From assembly GCA_029269845.2 (NCBI GenBank), contig CP149973.1, positions 1,530,001-1,562,000 of the forward strand: a DNA stretch of 32,000 nt, in the 5' to 3' direction. The notes below the pieces were generated by a model. It made no database searches. It worked only from the letters and a program-made list of their open reading frames with translations, and was not told where the DNA came from. This DNA is from Opitutia bacterium KCR 482 (lineage in GTDB: Bacteria; Verrucomicrobiota; Verrucomicrobiia; Opitutales; Intestinicryptomonadaceae). The translations under genes and the position numbers were made by a program. Below, one piece after another: positions 24,684 through 32,000 of the stretch; the first letter of the stretch is position 1; each line of letters starts with the position of its first letter.

Positions 24684-25943
24684 ATGAAAGTAGTTCTCGC
24701 ATATTCGGGAGGCCTCGATACCTCCGTTATCGTCAAGTGGATTAAAGACCGCTTCAACGCAGAAGTGGTTACATTCGCCGCAAACGTCGGTCAGGGCGAA
24801 GAGCTTTCGGGCTTGGCTGAAAAAGCCAAAGCCACGGGCGCGGTAGCTCACTACACCGTAGACTTGCAGGACGAATTTGTTGCCGACTTCATCTACCCGA
24901 TGATTCGCGCAAACGCCATTTACGAAGGGCAGTACTACCTCGGCACTTCGATTGCGCGCCCGCTCATCGCAAAGGCGCAGGTCGAAATCGCCAAGGCCGA
25001 AAACGCCGACGCCGTCGCGCACGGCGCAACGGGCAAGGGCAACGACCAGTGCCGCTTCGAAATCTCCTACGCGGCTCTCGCTCCCGACTTGCAGATTATC
25101 TCGCCGTGGAGAATAGACGAATTCCGCGAAAAGTTCCCCGGCAGAAGCGAAATGATTGCCTATTGCCGCGAGCATAACATCAACGTGGAGGCGTCCTCAA
25201 AGAAGCCCTATTCGATGGACAGAAACATGCTCCACATCTCGTACGAAGCGGGCATTCTCGAAGACCCGTGGTTCGACCCGACCGTCCCCGAAAACAAGGA
25301 CATGTTCAAGACCACGGTTTCGCCCGAAGACGCCCCCGACAAGCCCGTATACCTCGAACTCACTTTCGAAAAGGGAGACTGCGTCGCAATCGACGGCAAG
25401 CAGATGAAGCCCTCCGACATTCTCCGCGCGCTCAATAAAATCGGCGGCGAAAACGGCATCGGCCGCGTGGACATCGTCGAAAACCGCTTTGTCGGCATGA
25501 AGAGCCGCGGTGTGTACGAAACCCCCGGCGGCACGATTCTCGAATTCGCGCACCGCAACATGGAAACAATCACCATGGACAGGGAGCTTATGCACCTGCG
25601 CGACTCTCTTATCCCCAAGTACGCGGAACTCATCTACAACGGCTTCTGGTACGCGCCCGAACGCGAAGCTTTGCAGGCGTTCATCGACAAGAGTCAGGAC
25701 ACCGTAAGCGGCGTCGTGAGAATCAAGCTCTACAAGGGCAACATCACGTGCGTCGGCAGAAAGAGCCCGCTGAGCCTCTACGACGCGAACATCGCGAGCA
25801 TGGAAGGCGTCAAGAGCGAATACAATCAGGACGACGCAACGGGCTTCATCAAGCTCCAGTCGCTGCGTCTGCGCCAGCGCGCGCGCAAGCAGGGCGTTTC
25901 GAAAGAGGCGTTCGCGAACAAGTCGAAACTCGTAAGAGAATAA
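24684..25943 (+). CDS. argG: Argininosuccinate synthase
   Basis: It shows '[13 protein letters not shown]' (the ATP pyrophosphatase loop), '[14 protein letters not shown]' and 'YSMDRN..H.S.E'. Confidence 0.95.
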   Translation: MKVVLAYSGGLDTSVIVKWIKDRFNAEVVTFAANVGQGEELSGLAEKAKATGAVAHYTVDLQDEFVADFIYPMIRANAIYEGQYYLGTSIARPLIAKAQVEIAKAENADAVAHGATGKGNDQCRFEISYAALAPDLQIISPWRIDEFREKFPGRSEMIAYCREHNINVEASSKKPYSMDRNMLHISYEAGILEDPWFDPTVPENKDMFKTTVSPEDAPDKPVYLELTFEKGDCVAIDGKQMKPSDILRALNKIGGENGIGRVDIVENRFVGMKSRGVYETPGGTILEFAHRNMETITMDRELMHLRDSLIPKYAELIYNGFWYAPEREALQAFIDKSQDTVSGVVRIKLYKGNITCVGRKSPLSLYDANIASMEGVKSEYNQDDATGFIKLQSLRLRQRARKQGVSKEAFANKSKLVRE

Positions 25944-25944
25944 G

Positions 25945-27309
25945 ATGCGAATATGCTGCATTGGCGCGGGCTACGTTGGCGGCCCGACGATGACGATGAT
26001 TGCCCGCAAATGTCCGGACATTCATGTGGACGTTGTCGACGTCAACGAGGCGCGCATTGCGGCGTGGAACTCCGACAACCTGCCCGTTTTCGAGCCGAAT
26101 CTCGACGGGCTGGTCCGCGAGGTCAGGGGCAAAAACCTCTTTTTTACAACGGACATCGAGGGCGCGATTGACAAGGCGGACATCATTTTCATCTCCGTCA
26201 ACACGCCCACGAAAACGTACGGCTACGGAGCGGGAAGCGCGTCCGACCTCAGCTATGTGGAGGCGTGCTCGCGCACGATAGCGCGTTCGGCAAAGAGCGG
26301 GAAAATAGTCGTGGAAAAATCGACGATGCCCGTGCGCACGGCGGACGTAATCAAGACGATTCTCGCCGCAACGGGGCGCGAATTTCAGGTGCTCTCCAAC
26401 CCCGAATTTTTGGCTGAGGGCACGGCTGTGCGCGACTTGGAAAACCCCGACCGCGTGCTTATCGGCGGCGACGAAGACTCCGAGGCGGGGCGCAGGGCAA
26501 TAGAAACGCTTGCGTCGATTTACGCTCGCTGGGTGCCGCGCGAAAGAATCATCACAACAAACCTTTGGTCGAGCGAGCTTAGCAAGCTCACGGCAAACGC
26601 GTTCTTGGCGCAGCGCATAAGCTCCATAAACGCAATCAGCGCGCTGTGCGAGGCTACGGGCGCGGACGTCGAACAGGTCGCAATGGCGGTCGGCAGCGAC
26701 TCGCGCATAGGCTCGAAATTCCTGAGAAGCTCGATAGGCTACGGCGGCTCGTGCTTCCAGAAAGACCTGCTTAATTTGGTGTATCTTTGCGAGCACTTCA
26801 ACCTGCCGAAAGTGGCGCAGTACTGGCGCGGCGTGGTCGAAATGAACGCATACCAAAAGAGGCGTTTTTCGTCGAACGTGGTGGAAAGCCTGTTCCGCAA
26901 CATCTGCGGAAAACGCCTTGCGATTTTCGGGTTCGCGTTCAAGGAAAACACAAACGACACGCGCGAATCGCCCGCAATAGACATCTGCAAAGACTTTTTG
27001 AACGAGCACGCGCACTTGGCTTTCTACGACCCGAAAGTGTCGAAAACCCAAATCTGCGCCGACTTGGGCATTTCGGAGGACGACCCCCGCGTGGAATTTT
27101 GCGCGTCGCCCTACGAGGCGGCGGAAAACGCGCACGCGATTGTCCTGCTAACGCACTGGGACGAATTCAAAAAGCTCGACTACGCAAAAATCAGAAAGGC
27201 CATGGCAACCCCCGCGTGGATTTTCGACGGCAGAAACTGCCTCGACCACCGGCTTTTGCTTGAACTCGGATTCCTTGTGCGCGGCATAGGAAAGGGAAAT
27301 CTGTCGTAG
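25945..27309 (+). CDS. ugd: UDP-glucose 6-dehydrogenase, eukaryote-type (long, about 450-aa form)
   Basis: It shows '[13 protein letters not shown]', '[12 protein letters not shown]', '[22 protein letters not shown]', '[33 protein letters not shown]' and '[17 protein letters not shown]' (the catalytic Cys). As far as I can recall the animal UGDH sequence, these blocks match it almost word for word. Confidence 0.9.
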   Translation: MRICCIGAGYVGGPTMTMIARKCPDIHVDVVDVNEARIAAWNSDNLPVFEPNLDGLVREVRGKNLFFTTDIEGAIDKADIIFISVNTPTKTYGYGAGSASDLSYVEACSRTIARSAKSGKIVVEKSTMPVRTADVIKTILAATGREFQVLSNPEFLAEGTAVRDLENPDRVLIGGDEDSEAGRRAIETLASIYARWVPRERIITTNLWSSELSKLTANAFLAQRISSINAISALCEATGADVEQVAMAVGSDSRIGSKFLRSSIGYGGSCFQKDLLNLVYLCEHFNLPKVAQYWRGVVEMNAYQKRRFSSNVVESLFRNICGKRLAIFGFAFKENTNDTRESPAIDICKDFLNEHAHLAFYDPKVSKTQICADLGISEDDPRVEFCASPYEAAENAHAIVLLTHWDEFKKLDYAKIRKAMATPAWIFDGRNCLDHRLLLELGFLVRGIGKGNLS

Positions 27310-27605
27310 CGCGGCGCAATGCAGCCCCAGTCTTTTGTCGGGCTTGTGAAATCGGGCAAATAAGGGCGTTTCACTTTTCGTCGGCAGCGGTTGCGTATGT
27401 CTAATATGCTCGCGCCGCCGCCGAAACGCAAAGCCACCCTTCTTCACCCAATTTGACAAGCCTAAGCGGCTCGGCTTCGCCGAGCATGAAGTTTTTAAAC
27501 TCGGTTTGCGGGCATTCGCAATTCTTCATGTCGGGCGTGTTTTTCCGATGGGGAATCGCGCTTGATTTTTTTGCGGAAGCGGAATAAATTTAACGTCAAT
27601 ATAAA

Positions 27606-29297
27606 ATGAAAAATAGCGACATATTGAAATACAGACGTCGGTTCGACATCAAACTGCCCGACAGGCAGTGGCCCGACAAAAAAATAGAAGCTGCCCCCAC
27701 ATGGTGCAGCGTGGACTTGCGCGACGGCAATCAGGCTCTCGCAGTCCCGATGAACGTCGAGCAGAAACTCAAACTTTTCAAGACGCTTGTTGAAATAGGG
27801 TTCAAGGAAATCGAAGTCGGCTTCCCCGCCGCCAGCGAAACGGAGTACAATTTTATCCGCAGAATCATAGACGAAAACCTCGTGCCCGACGACGTGTCCT
27901 TGCAGGTGCTCACCCAAAGCCGCGAGCACTTAATCCGCAAGACTTTCGAAGCCCTCAAAGGCTGCAAAAACGCAATCGTGCACCTCTACAACAGCACGTC
28001 GGCGTTGCAGCGCAAGGTAACGTTCAAGATGTCGCGCGAAGAGATTATCGAAATCGCGCGGACGGGCGCGACGCTCGTAAAGCGGCTCGCCGACGAAGCC
28101 GAAAAGAACGGCACGCACGTCAGAATGGAGTACTCGCCCGAAAGCTTCAGCGACACCGAGCTTGATTTTGCGCTCGAAATCTGCGAGGCCGTCAAGGACA
28201 TCTGGAAGCCGACCCCGCAGAACAAGCTGATTGTAAACCTGCCCGAAACCGTGCAGTACAACCAGCCCAACGTGTACGCCGACCAAATCGAATGGATTTG
28301 CCGCAATATCTCCGACCGCGACTGCGTCGAAATCAGCCTCCACACGCACAACGACCGCGGCACGGGCGTCGCGTCGACCGAGCTCGGCATTTTGGCGGGC
28401 GCGGACAGGGTTGAGGGCACGCTCTTCGGCAACGGCGAGCGCACGGGCAACCTCGACATCGTGACGGTCGCGCTCAACATGTTCGCGGAGGGCGTAGACC
28501 CCAAGCTCGACTTCACCGACCTGCCGAAAATCCGCGCGGTCTACGAAGAGTGCACGGGCATGAAAGTTCCGCCGCGCCAGCCCTACGCGGGCGACTTGGT
28601 TTTCACCGCGTTCAGCGGCTCGCACCAAGACGCCATCAAAAAGGGCATGGACATGATGCGCAAGGACGGCATCAAGGAATGGGAAGTTCCCTACCTGCTC
28701 ATCGACCCCACAGACATCGGCTGCTCGTACGAGGCGATTATCCGCATAAACTCGCAGAGCGGCAAGGGCGGGGTTGCGTACATCTTGCAAAACGACTTCG
28801 GCTTCGACATTCCGCAGGCAATGCGCCAGCAGGTCGGAGACTATGTGAACGGCGTTGCCGACAAGCTCGGAAAGGAGCTTCAGCCGAACGAGATTTTCGA
28901 AATCTTCGCCGACGAGTTCGCCCGCCGCGAAAGCCCCGTGAAATTGGAGACGTACAAAATCGACACCGACGACAACAAGCCCGACGGCGACCCCAACAGG
29001 GTCTTCATCTCCGCCAAGTTGCGCGTCAACGGCGAGGAGAAAATTTTGTCGGCAACCGGCAACGGGCCGATTAACGCGCTTGTGATGGCGTTCGCCTCGA
29101 ACGGAATGAAAGACTTCAAGCTTGTAGACTACCGCTCGCACGCAATCGGCAAAGGCTCGGCGACGAAGTCGGCGGCGTACATCTGCCTTGAATCGCAGGA
29201 TGACGGCCGCAAGGTTTGGGGCGTCGGGGTAGACTCAAACATAGAGTCGGCGGGGCTGAAAGGCCTTGTCTGCGCCTACGACAGAATGCGCAAATAA
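27606..29297 (+). CDS. leuA: 2-isopropylmalate synthase, long (actinobacterial-type, about 560-aa) form
   Basis: It shows 'WCSVDLRDGNQAL', 'EIEVGFPAAS', 'LHTHNDRGTGVA..ELG.LAGADR.EGTLFGNGERTGN' and a C-terminal LeuA dimerisation/regulatory domain. Confidence 0.93.
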   Translation: MKNSDILKYRRRFDIKLPDRQWPDKKIEAAPTWCSVDLRDGNQALAVPMNVEQKLKLFKTLVEIGFKEIEVGFPAASETEYNFIRRIIDENLVPDDVSLQVLTQSREHLIRKTFEALKGCKNAIVHLYNSTSALQRKVTFKMSREEIIEIARTGATLVKRLADEAEKNGTHVRMEYSPESFSDTELDFALEICEAVKDIWKPTPQNKLIVNLPETVQYNQPNVYADQIEWICRNISDRDCVEISLHTHNDRGTGVASTELGILAGADRVEGTLFGNGERTGNLDIVTVALNMFAEGVDPKLDFTDLPKIRAVYEECTGMKVPPRQPYAGDLVFTAFSGSHQDAIKKGMDMMRKDGIKEWEVPYLLIDPTDIGCSYEAIIRINSQSGKGGVAYILQNDFGFDIPQAMRQQVGDYVNGVADKLGKELQPNEIFEIFADEFARRESPVKLETYKIDTDDNKPDGDPNRVFISAKLRVNGEEKILSATGNGPINALVMAFASNGMKDFKLVDYRSHAIGKGSATKSAAYICLESQDDGRKVWGVGVDSNIESAGLKGLVCAYDRMRK

Positions 29298-29321
29298 CGA
29301 GCCGCCGAAACGCGGACAAAA

Positions 29322-29358
29322 ACGCCGAAACCTCTTGGGGCTTCGGCGTTTTTTTTTT
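29322..29358. terminator. Bidirectional Rho-independent terminator (leuA on the plus strand, the HTH gene on the minus strand)
   Basis: The stem ACGCCGAA (29322-29329) pairs with TTCGGCGT (29342-29349). It is followed by ten T on the plus strand, and preceded by AAAA, which reads TTTT(G)T on the minus strand. Confidence 0.8.
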
Positions 29359-29447
29359 GCGGCTCTTGCGGCGGGAATTTCGCGGCGCGGGGAGGGCGCA
29401 TGGCTCGCGCGGCGGGAATTTGGCGAAATCCGTCGCCGGAGGGGGGA

Positions 29448-29729
29448 TTAGTCGAGCAGCCAGACGATTGAGTCTTTGCCGCTTTTGCGTTCGGGGGCGG
29501 CGTGTTTTTCGGGCTTGTTAGACGGGTCTTTTAGAAGCAGGTTGGCGTCTATTCCCCAGTTGTTTACCAGATTTTTCAGCATTGAAATCGACAGCTGTCT
29601 TTTGCCCGACAGCACCTCGGAAACGCGCGAGCGCGAGCCTACCTGCGCCTCCAAATCTTTGCGCGTGAATCCGTTTTCCTTCATGAATTCTTCGAGTACC
29701 GTTATTTCGTGCGATTTTCTGCCGTCCAT
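29448..29729 (-). CDS. Small XRE/HigA-like (COG5499-type antitoxin-like) helix-turn-helix protein with no adjacent toxin gene
   Basis: I trimmed track ORF 29448..30092 to ATG 29729, giving 93 aa. The sequence 'FTRKDLEAQVGSRSRVSEVLSGKRQLSISMLKNLVNNWGIDANLLL' matches the 'L....iGs.SrVSEvLnGKR.Lt..Mi..L....gI.a..LL' pattern of HigA-type antitoxins. A promoter-like TTGACA (minus strand, 29765-29760) and a palindrome lie just upstream. Confidence 0.75.
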   Translation of the reverse strand: MDGRKSHEITVLEEFMKENGFTRKDLEAQVGSRSRVSEVLSGKRQLSISMLKNLVNNWGIDANLLLKDPSNKPEKHAAPERKSGKDSIVWLLD

Positions 29730-29731
29730 GC

Positions 29732-29748
29732 GCTCCCAATATGGGAGC
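29732..29748. promoter_or_regulatory. Perfect 7-3-7 inverted repeat GCTCCCA-ATA-TGGGAGC abutting the HTH gene start; candidate autoregulatory operator
   Basis: The repeat was read directly from the sequence. It overlaps the predicted -10 (CATATT/ATATTG) and ends 2 nt from the ATG at 29729. It lies in the 130-bp divergent region shared with the efflux operon. Confidence 0.4.
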
Positions 29749-29859
29749 TTTGCATGTCGTGTCAATTTTTTATTGCGTATTTTTATTTTTTGAAACTTTA
29801 TTGCTTCGTCTGCGTTTTTTACCAGCGCACGGAGGAAATTTTTTGTATATAAAGGGAAC

Positions 29860-31134
29860 ATGAAAAAATTATTATTTGCAGCCGCAGTGCTCGCAGCCGC
29901 GGGCGCGGGCGTATATTTCGGATTTTTCGGGTCGTCGGAAGCCGCCGTACAATTCAAAACGGCAACAGCGCAGACGCGCGACGTCGTAAAGACAATAGAC
30001 GCAACGGGCACTGTCGAACCCGAAGATCTGGTTGACGTAGCCGCCCGCGTTTCGGGCGAAATCATCGCGTTCGGAAAGGACAAGGACGGCAAGGAGGTCG
30101 ATTACGGCTCGGAAATCCGCGAGGGCGACGTCATCGCGCTTATCGACGACCAAATCCAGCAGTCGAACTACCTCAGCGCGAACGCGAAGCTCGAAGCCGC
30201 AAAGGCGGCGCAGACGCAGGCGAACGCAAACCTCGTCGTGGCGCAAACCAACCTGCGTCAGGCTGAGCGCGACTGGAAACGCGCCGAGCGTCTGGGAGCG
30301 TCGGAAGCGCTCTCGCAGGCGTCGTACGACTCCTACCTTGCCGCGTGGGAAAAGGCGACCGCCGAAATCGACGTGGCAAAGGCAAAAATTTTGCAGGCAA
30401 ACGCGGACGTCGTGCAGGCTGAGGCGAACATGAAAGAGGCAAAGCGCAACCTCGAATACTGCGTCATCAAAGCTCCCGTCAACGGCGTCGTCATCGACCG
30501 CAAGGTGAACGTGGGGCAGACGGTTGTTTCGAACATGAGCGCAAGCAGCCTGTTTTCCATCGCAAAAGACCTGCGCCGCATGGAGGTCTGGGCTTCGGTG
30601 AACGAAGCGGACATCGGCGGAATCCACAAGGGACAGCCCGTGTCGTTTACGGTTGACGCGTTCCCGTCGGAAAAATTCGCGGGCACAGTCGGGAAAATCC
30701 GCCTTAACGCCACGATGTCGCAAAACGTGGTGACGTACGTCGTGGAGGTTCTCACGGACAACTCCGACCTCAAACTTTTGCCCTATCTTTCGGCGAATCT
30801 GAGCTTCGAAACCGCCCGCAAAAACGGCGCGCTCGCCGTGCCGAACGCGGCTCTGCGCTTCTCGCCCGACGCAAAATACATAGCCGACGGCGAAGCCGCG
30901 CCCGAAAACTCGCGCTGCGTGTGGGTGCTTGCGGGCGAAAACAAAGTGCGCCCCGTGAAAGTCAAAACCCTTATCAACGATGGCGCGTGGACTGCGGTCG
31001 AAGCGTCGGAAATCAAGGCGGGCGACGTCCTCATAACGGGCGTCGAAACAGCCGCCGCAAAGTCCGCGGTGAGCACGCCGTTCATGCCGAAAATGCCGCA
31101 ACGCAAAAAGGGCAACGCGCCCGCAAAAAAATGA
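29860..31134 (+). CDS. Efflux transporter periplasmic adaptor subunit (HlyD/MacA family membrane fusion protein)
   Basis: This is a 424-aa ORF with an N-terminal membrane anchor. It shows 'TGTVEPEDLVDVAARVSGEI' (lipoyl/barrel-sandwich domain), a long coiled-coil hairpin ('AKLEAAKAAQTQANANL..AQTNL.QAERDW.R') and 'CVIKAPVNGVVIDR.VNVGQTV'. An ATGA overlap couples it to the downstream ATPase. Confidence 0.85.
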   Translation: MKKLLFAAAVLAAAGAGVYFGFFGSSEAAVQFKTATAQTRDVVKTIDATGTVEPEDLVDVAARVSGEIIAFGKDKDGKEVDYGSEIREGDVIALIDDQIQQSNYLSANAKLEAAKAAQTQANANLVVAQTNLRQAERDWKRAERLGASEALSQASYDSYLAAWEKATAEIDVAKAKILQANADVVQAEANMKEAKRNLEYCVIKAPVNGVVIDRKVNVGQTVVSNMSASSLFSIAKDLRRMEVWASVNEADIGGIHKGQPVSFTVDAFPSEKFAGTVGKIRLNATMSQNVVTYVVEVLTDNSDLKLLPYLSANLSFETARKNGALAVPNAALRFSPDAKYIADGEAAPENSRCVWVLAGENKVRPVKVKTLINDGAWTAVEASEIKAGDVLITGVETAAAKSAVSTPFMPKMPQRKKGNAPAKK

Positions 31135-31826
31135 GCCTGATTTCGCTTAAAAACATTCAAAAAACCTACTTCATGGGCGACATCTCGCTGCCCGTCTTGA
31201 AGGGCATTACCCTGAATGTGGAGCGCGGCGAAATGGTCGCGCTCACGGGGGTTTCGGGTTCGGGCAAAAGCACGCTGATGAACATTCTGGGCTGTCTCGA
31301 CAGACCCACGGGCGGCGAGTACTGGCTCGACGGCAGGGAGATTTCCAAGCTCGACAACGACGGACGCGCGGACGTCAGAAACAAGAAAATCGGCTTCGTC
31401 TTCCAGAATTTCAACCTGCTCGCAAGGACGACCGCCCTCGAAAACGTCATAATGCCGCTCGGCTACACCGCGGCGCATTTGTCGGAAAAGAAGATGCTCG
31501 AAATGGGCAAGGCAATGCTCGAACGCGTCGGGCTTGCCGACCGCATGGATCACGAGCCGTCGCGGCTTTCGGGCGGACAGCAGCAGCGCGTGGCAATCGC
31601 CCGCGCGCTCGTCAACAAGCCGCAAATCGTCTTCGCCGACGAGCCGACGGGCAACCTCGACACGAAAATGAGCGAAGAAATCCTGCGGATTTTCAACGAA
31701 ATCAACGAAAAGGACGGCGTGACAATCGTTCTTGTAACCCACGAAATGGACGTCGCGCAAAGCGCGAAACGCATTATCAAACTCAAAGACGGGGAAATTT
31801 CCTCCGACACCGTATTGCGAAAATGA
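31131..31826 (+). CDS. ABC transporter ATP-binding protein (MacB/LolD-type)
   Basis: I trimmed track ORF 30921..31826 to ATG 31131. The motifs are Walker A 'GVSGSGKST', Q-loop 'FVFQ.FNLL', signature 'LSGGQQQRVAIARAL', Walker B 'IVFADEPTGNLD' and H-loop 'VTHE'. Confidence 0.92.
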   Translation: MSLISLKNIQKTYFMGDISLPVLKGITLNVERGEMVALTGVSGSGKSTLMNILGCLDRPTGGEYWLDGREISKLDNDGRADVRNKKIGFVFQNFNLLARTTALENVIMPLGYTAAHLSEKKMLEMGKAMLERVGLADRMDHEPSRLSGGQQQRVAIARALVNKPQIVFADEPTGNLDTKMSEEILRIFNEINEKDGVTIVLVTHEMDVAQSAKRIIKLKDGEISSDTVLRK

Positions 31827-32000
31827 GAAGACTGCGCGTATTGAAATGGGCGTTGAAGGCAATCTGCCGCAACCCCACCCGGACTTTCCTGACGACGCTC
31901 GGCATTGTCATCGGCATTGCCGCGGTTATCGCGCTGATGGAAATAGGCAACGGCGCGCGCGAGACGCTGGCGAAAAACATCGCCAACATGGGCGTGAACA
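31823..32000 (+). CDS. ABC transporter permease (MacB/FtsX family), 5' fragment truncated by the window end
   Basis: I translated it manually from ATG 31823, which forms an ATGA overlap with the ATPase stop: MRRLRVLKWALKAICRNPTRTFLTTLGIVIGIAAVIALMEIGNGARETLAKNIANMG. This is the typical MacB_PCD/FtsX N-terminus ('R...r..LT.LGIvIGvaaVI.m...g.G'). Confidence 0.8.
   Translation, partial: MRRLRVLKWALKAICRNPTRTFLTTLGIVIGIAAVIALMEIGNGARETLAKNIANMGVN

Noticed and set aside
29448-30092. The full 214-aa minus ORF from the track, and a 137-aa version starting at ATG 29861, for the HTH gene.
   Set aside because: The long form runs antisense through the macA-like start and signal peptide. The 137-aa form would translate AT-rich promoter-like DNA into a Lys-rich segment and would overlap the divergent start codon (CATG). 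The TTGACA/-10/palindrome geometry supports ATG 29729. I note the 137-aa alternative in the corresponding finding.

Overview
This is a visibly GC-rich bacterial chromosomal window that is densely coding and mostly housekeeping. I found no CRISPR array, transposase, integrase or recognisable defence system, and no convincing novel multi-gene system.

Gene content, left to right:
- Minus strand: the 5' part of a GH13 pullulanase/debranching-like gene, preceded by an FtsB/DivIC-like gene.
- A long co-directional plus-strand run: ruvC, a sugar-phosphate nucleotidyltransferase, a secreted protein of unknown function, an MFS transporter, nfeD-floA plus a disordered membrane protein, and glgB.
- Minus strand: a secreted CE4 polysaccharide deacetylase.
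- tRNA-Tyr(GTA).
- Minus strand: a reverse rubrerythrin, an AEC-family transporter and a DUF4886/SGNH-like hydrolase.
- Plus strand: GNAT, a BASS/SBF-like transporter and rplM-rpsI.
- Arginine biosynthesis: argC-argJ-argB-argD-argF, a terminator, then argG followed 1 nt later by a eukaryote-type UDP-glucose 6-dehydrogenase.
- A long-form leuA.
- A small HigA/XRE-like HTH gene, divergent from a MacA/MacB-type tripartite efflux operon (adaptor, ATPase, truncated permease).

Many long ORFs in the track are antisense 'shadow' ORFs, Arg/Pro/Gly-rich, which is typical of GC-rich DNA. I rejected them.

The observations worth a second look are non-coding:
1. A roughly 560-bp GC-rich spacer between rpsI and argC, dense in hairpins and containing tandem repeats.
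2. A structured element downstream of tRNA-Tyr.
3. An orphan antitoxin-like HTH gene with a perfect palindromic operator next to the efflux operon.
4. Start codons that are almost all preceded by A/T-rich sequence lacking a Shine-Dalgarno motif.

Functional calls rest on my reading of motifs in the translated ORFs. No database search was possible.
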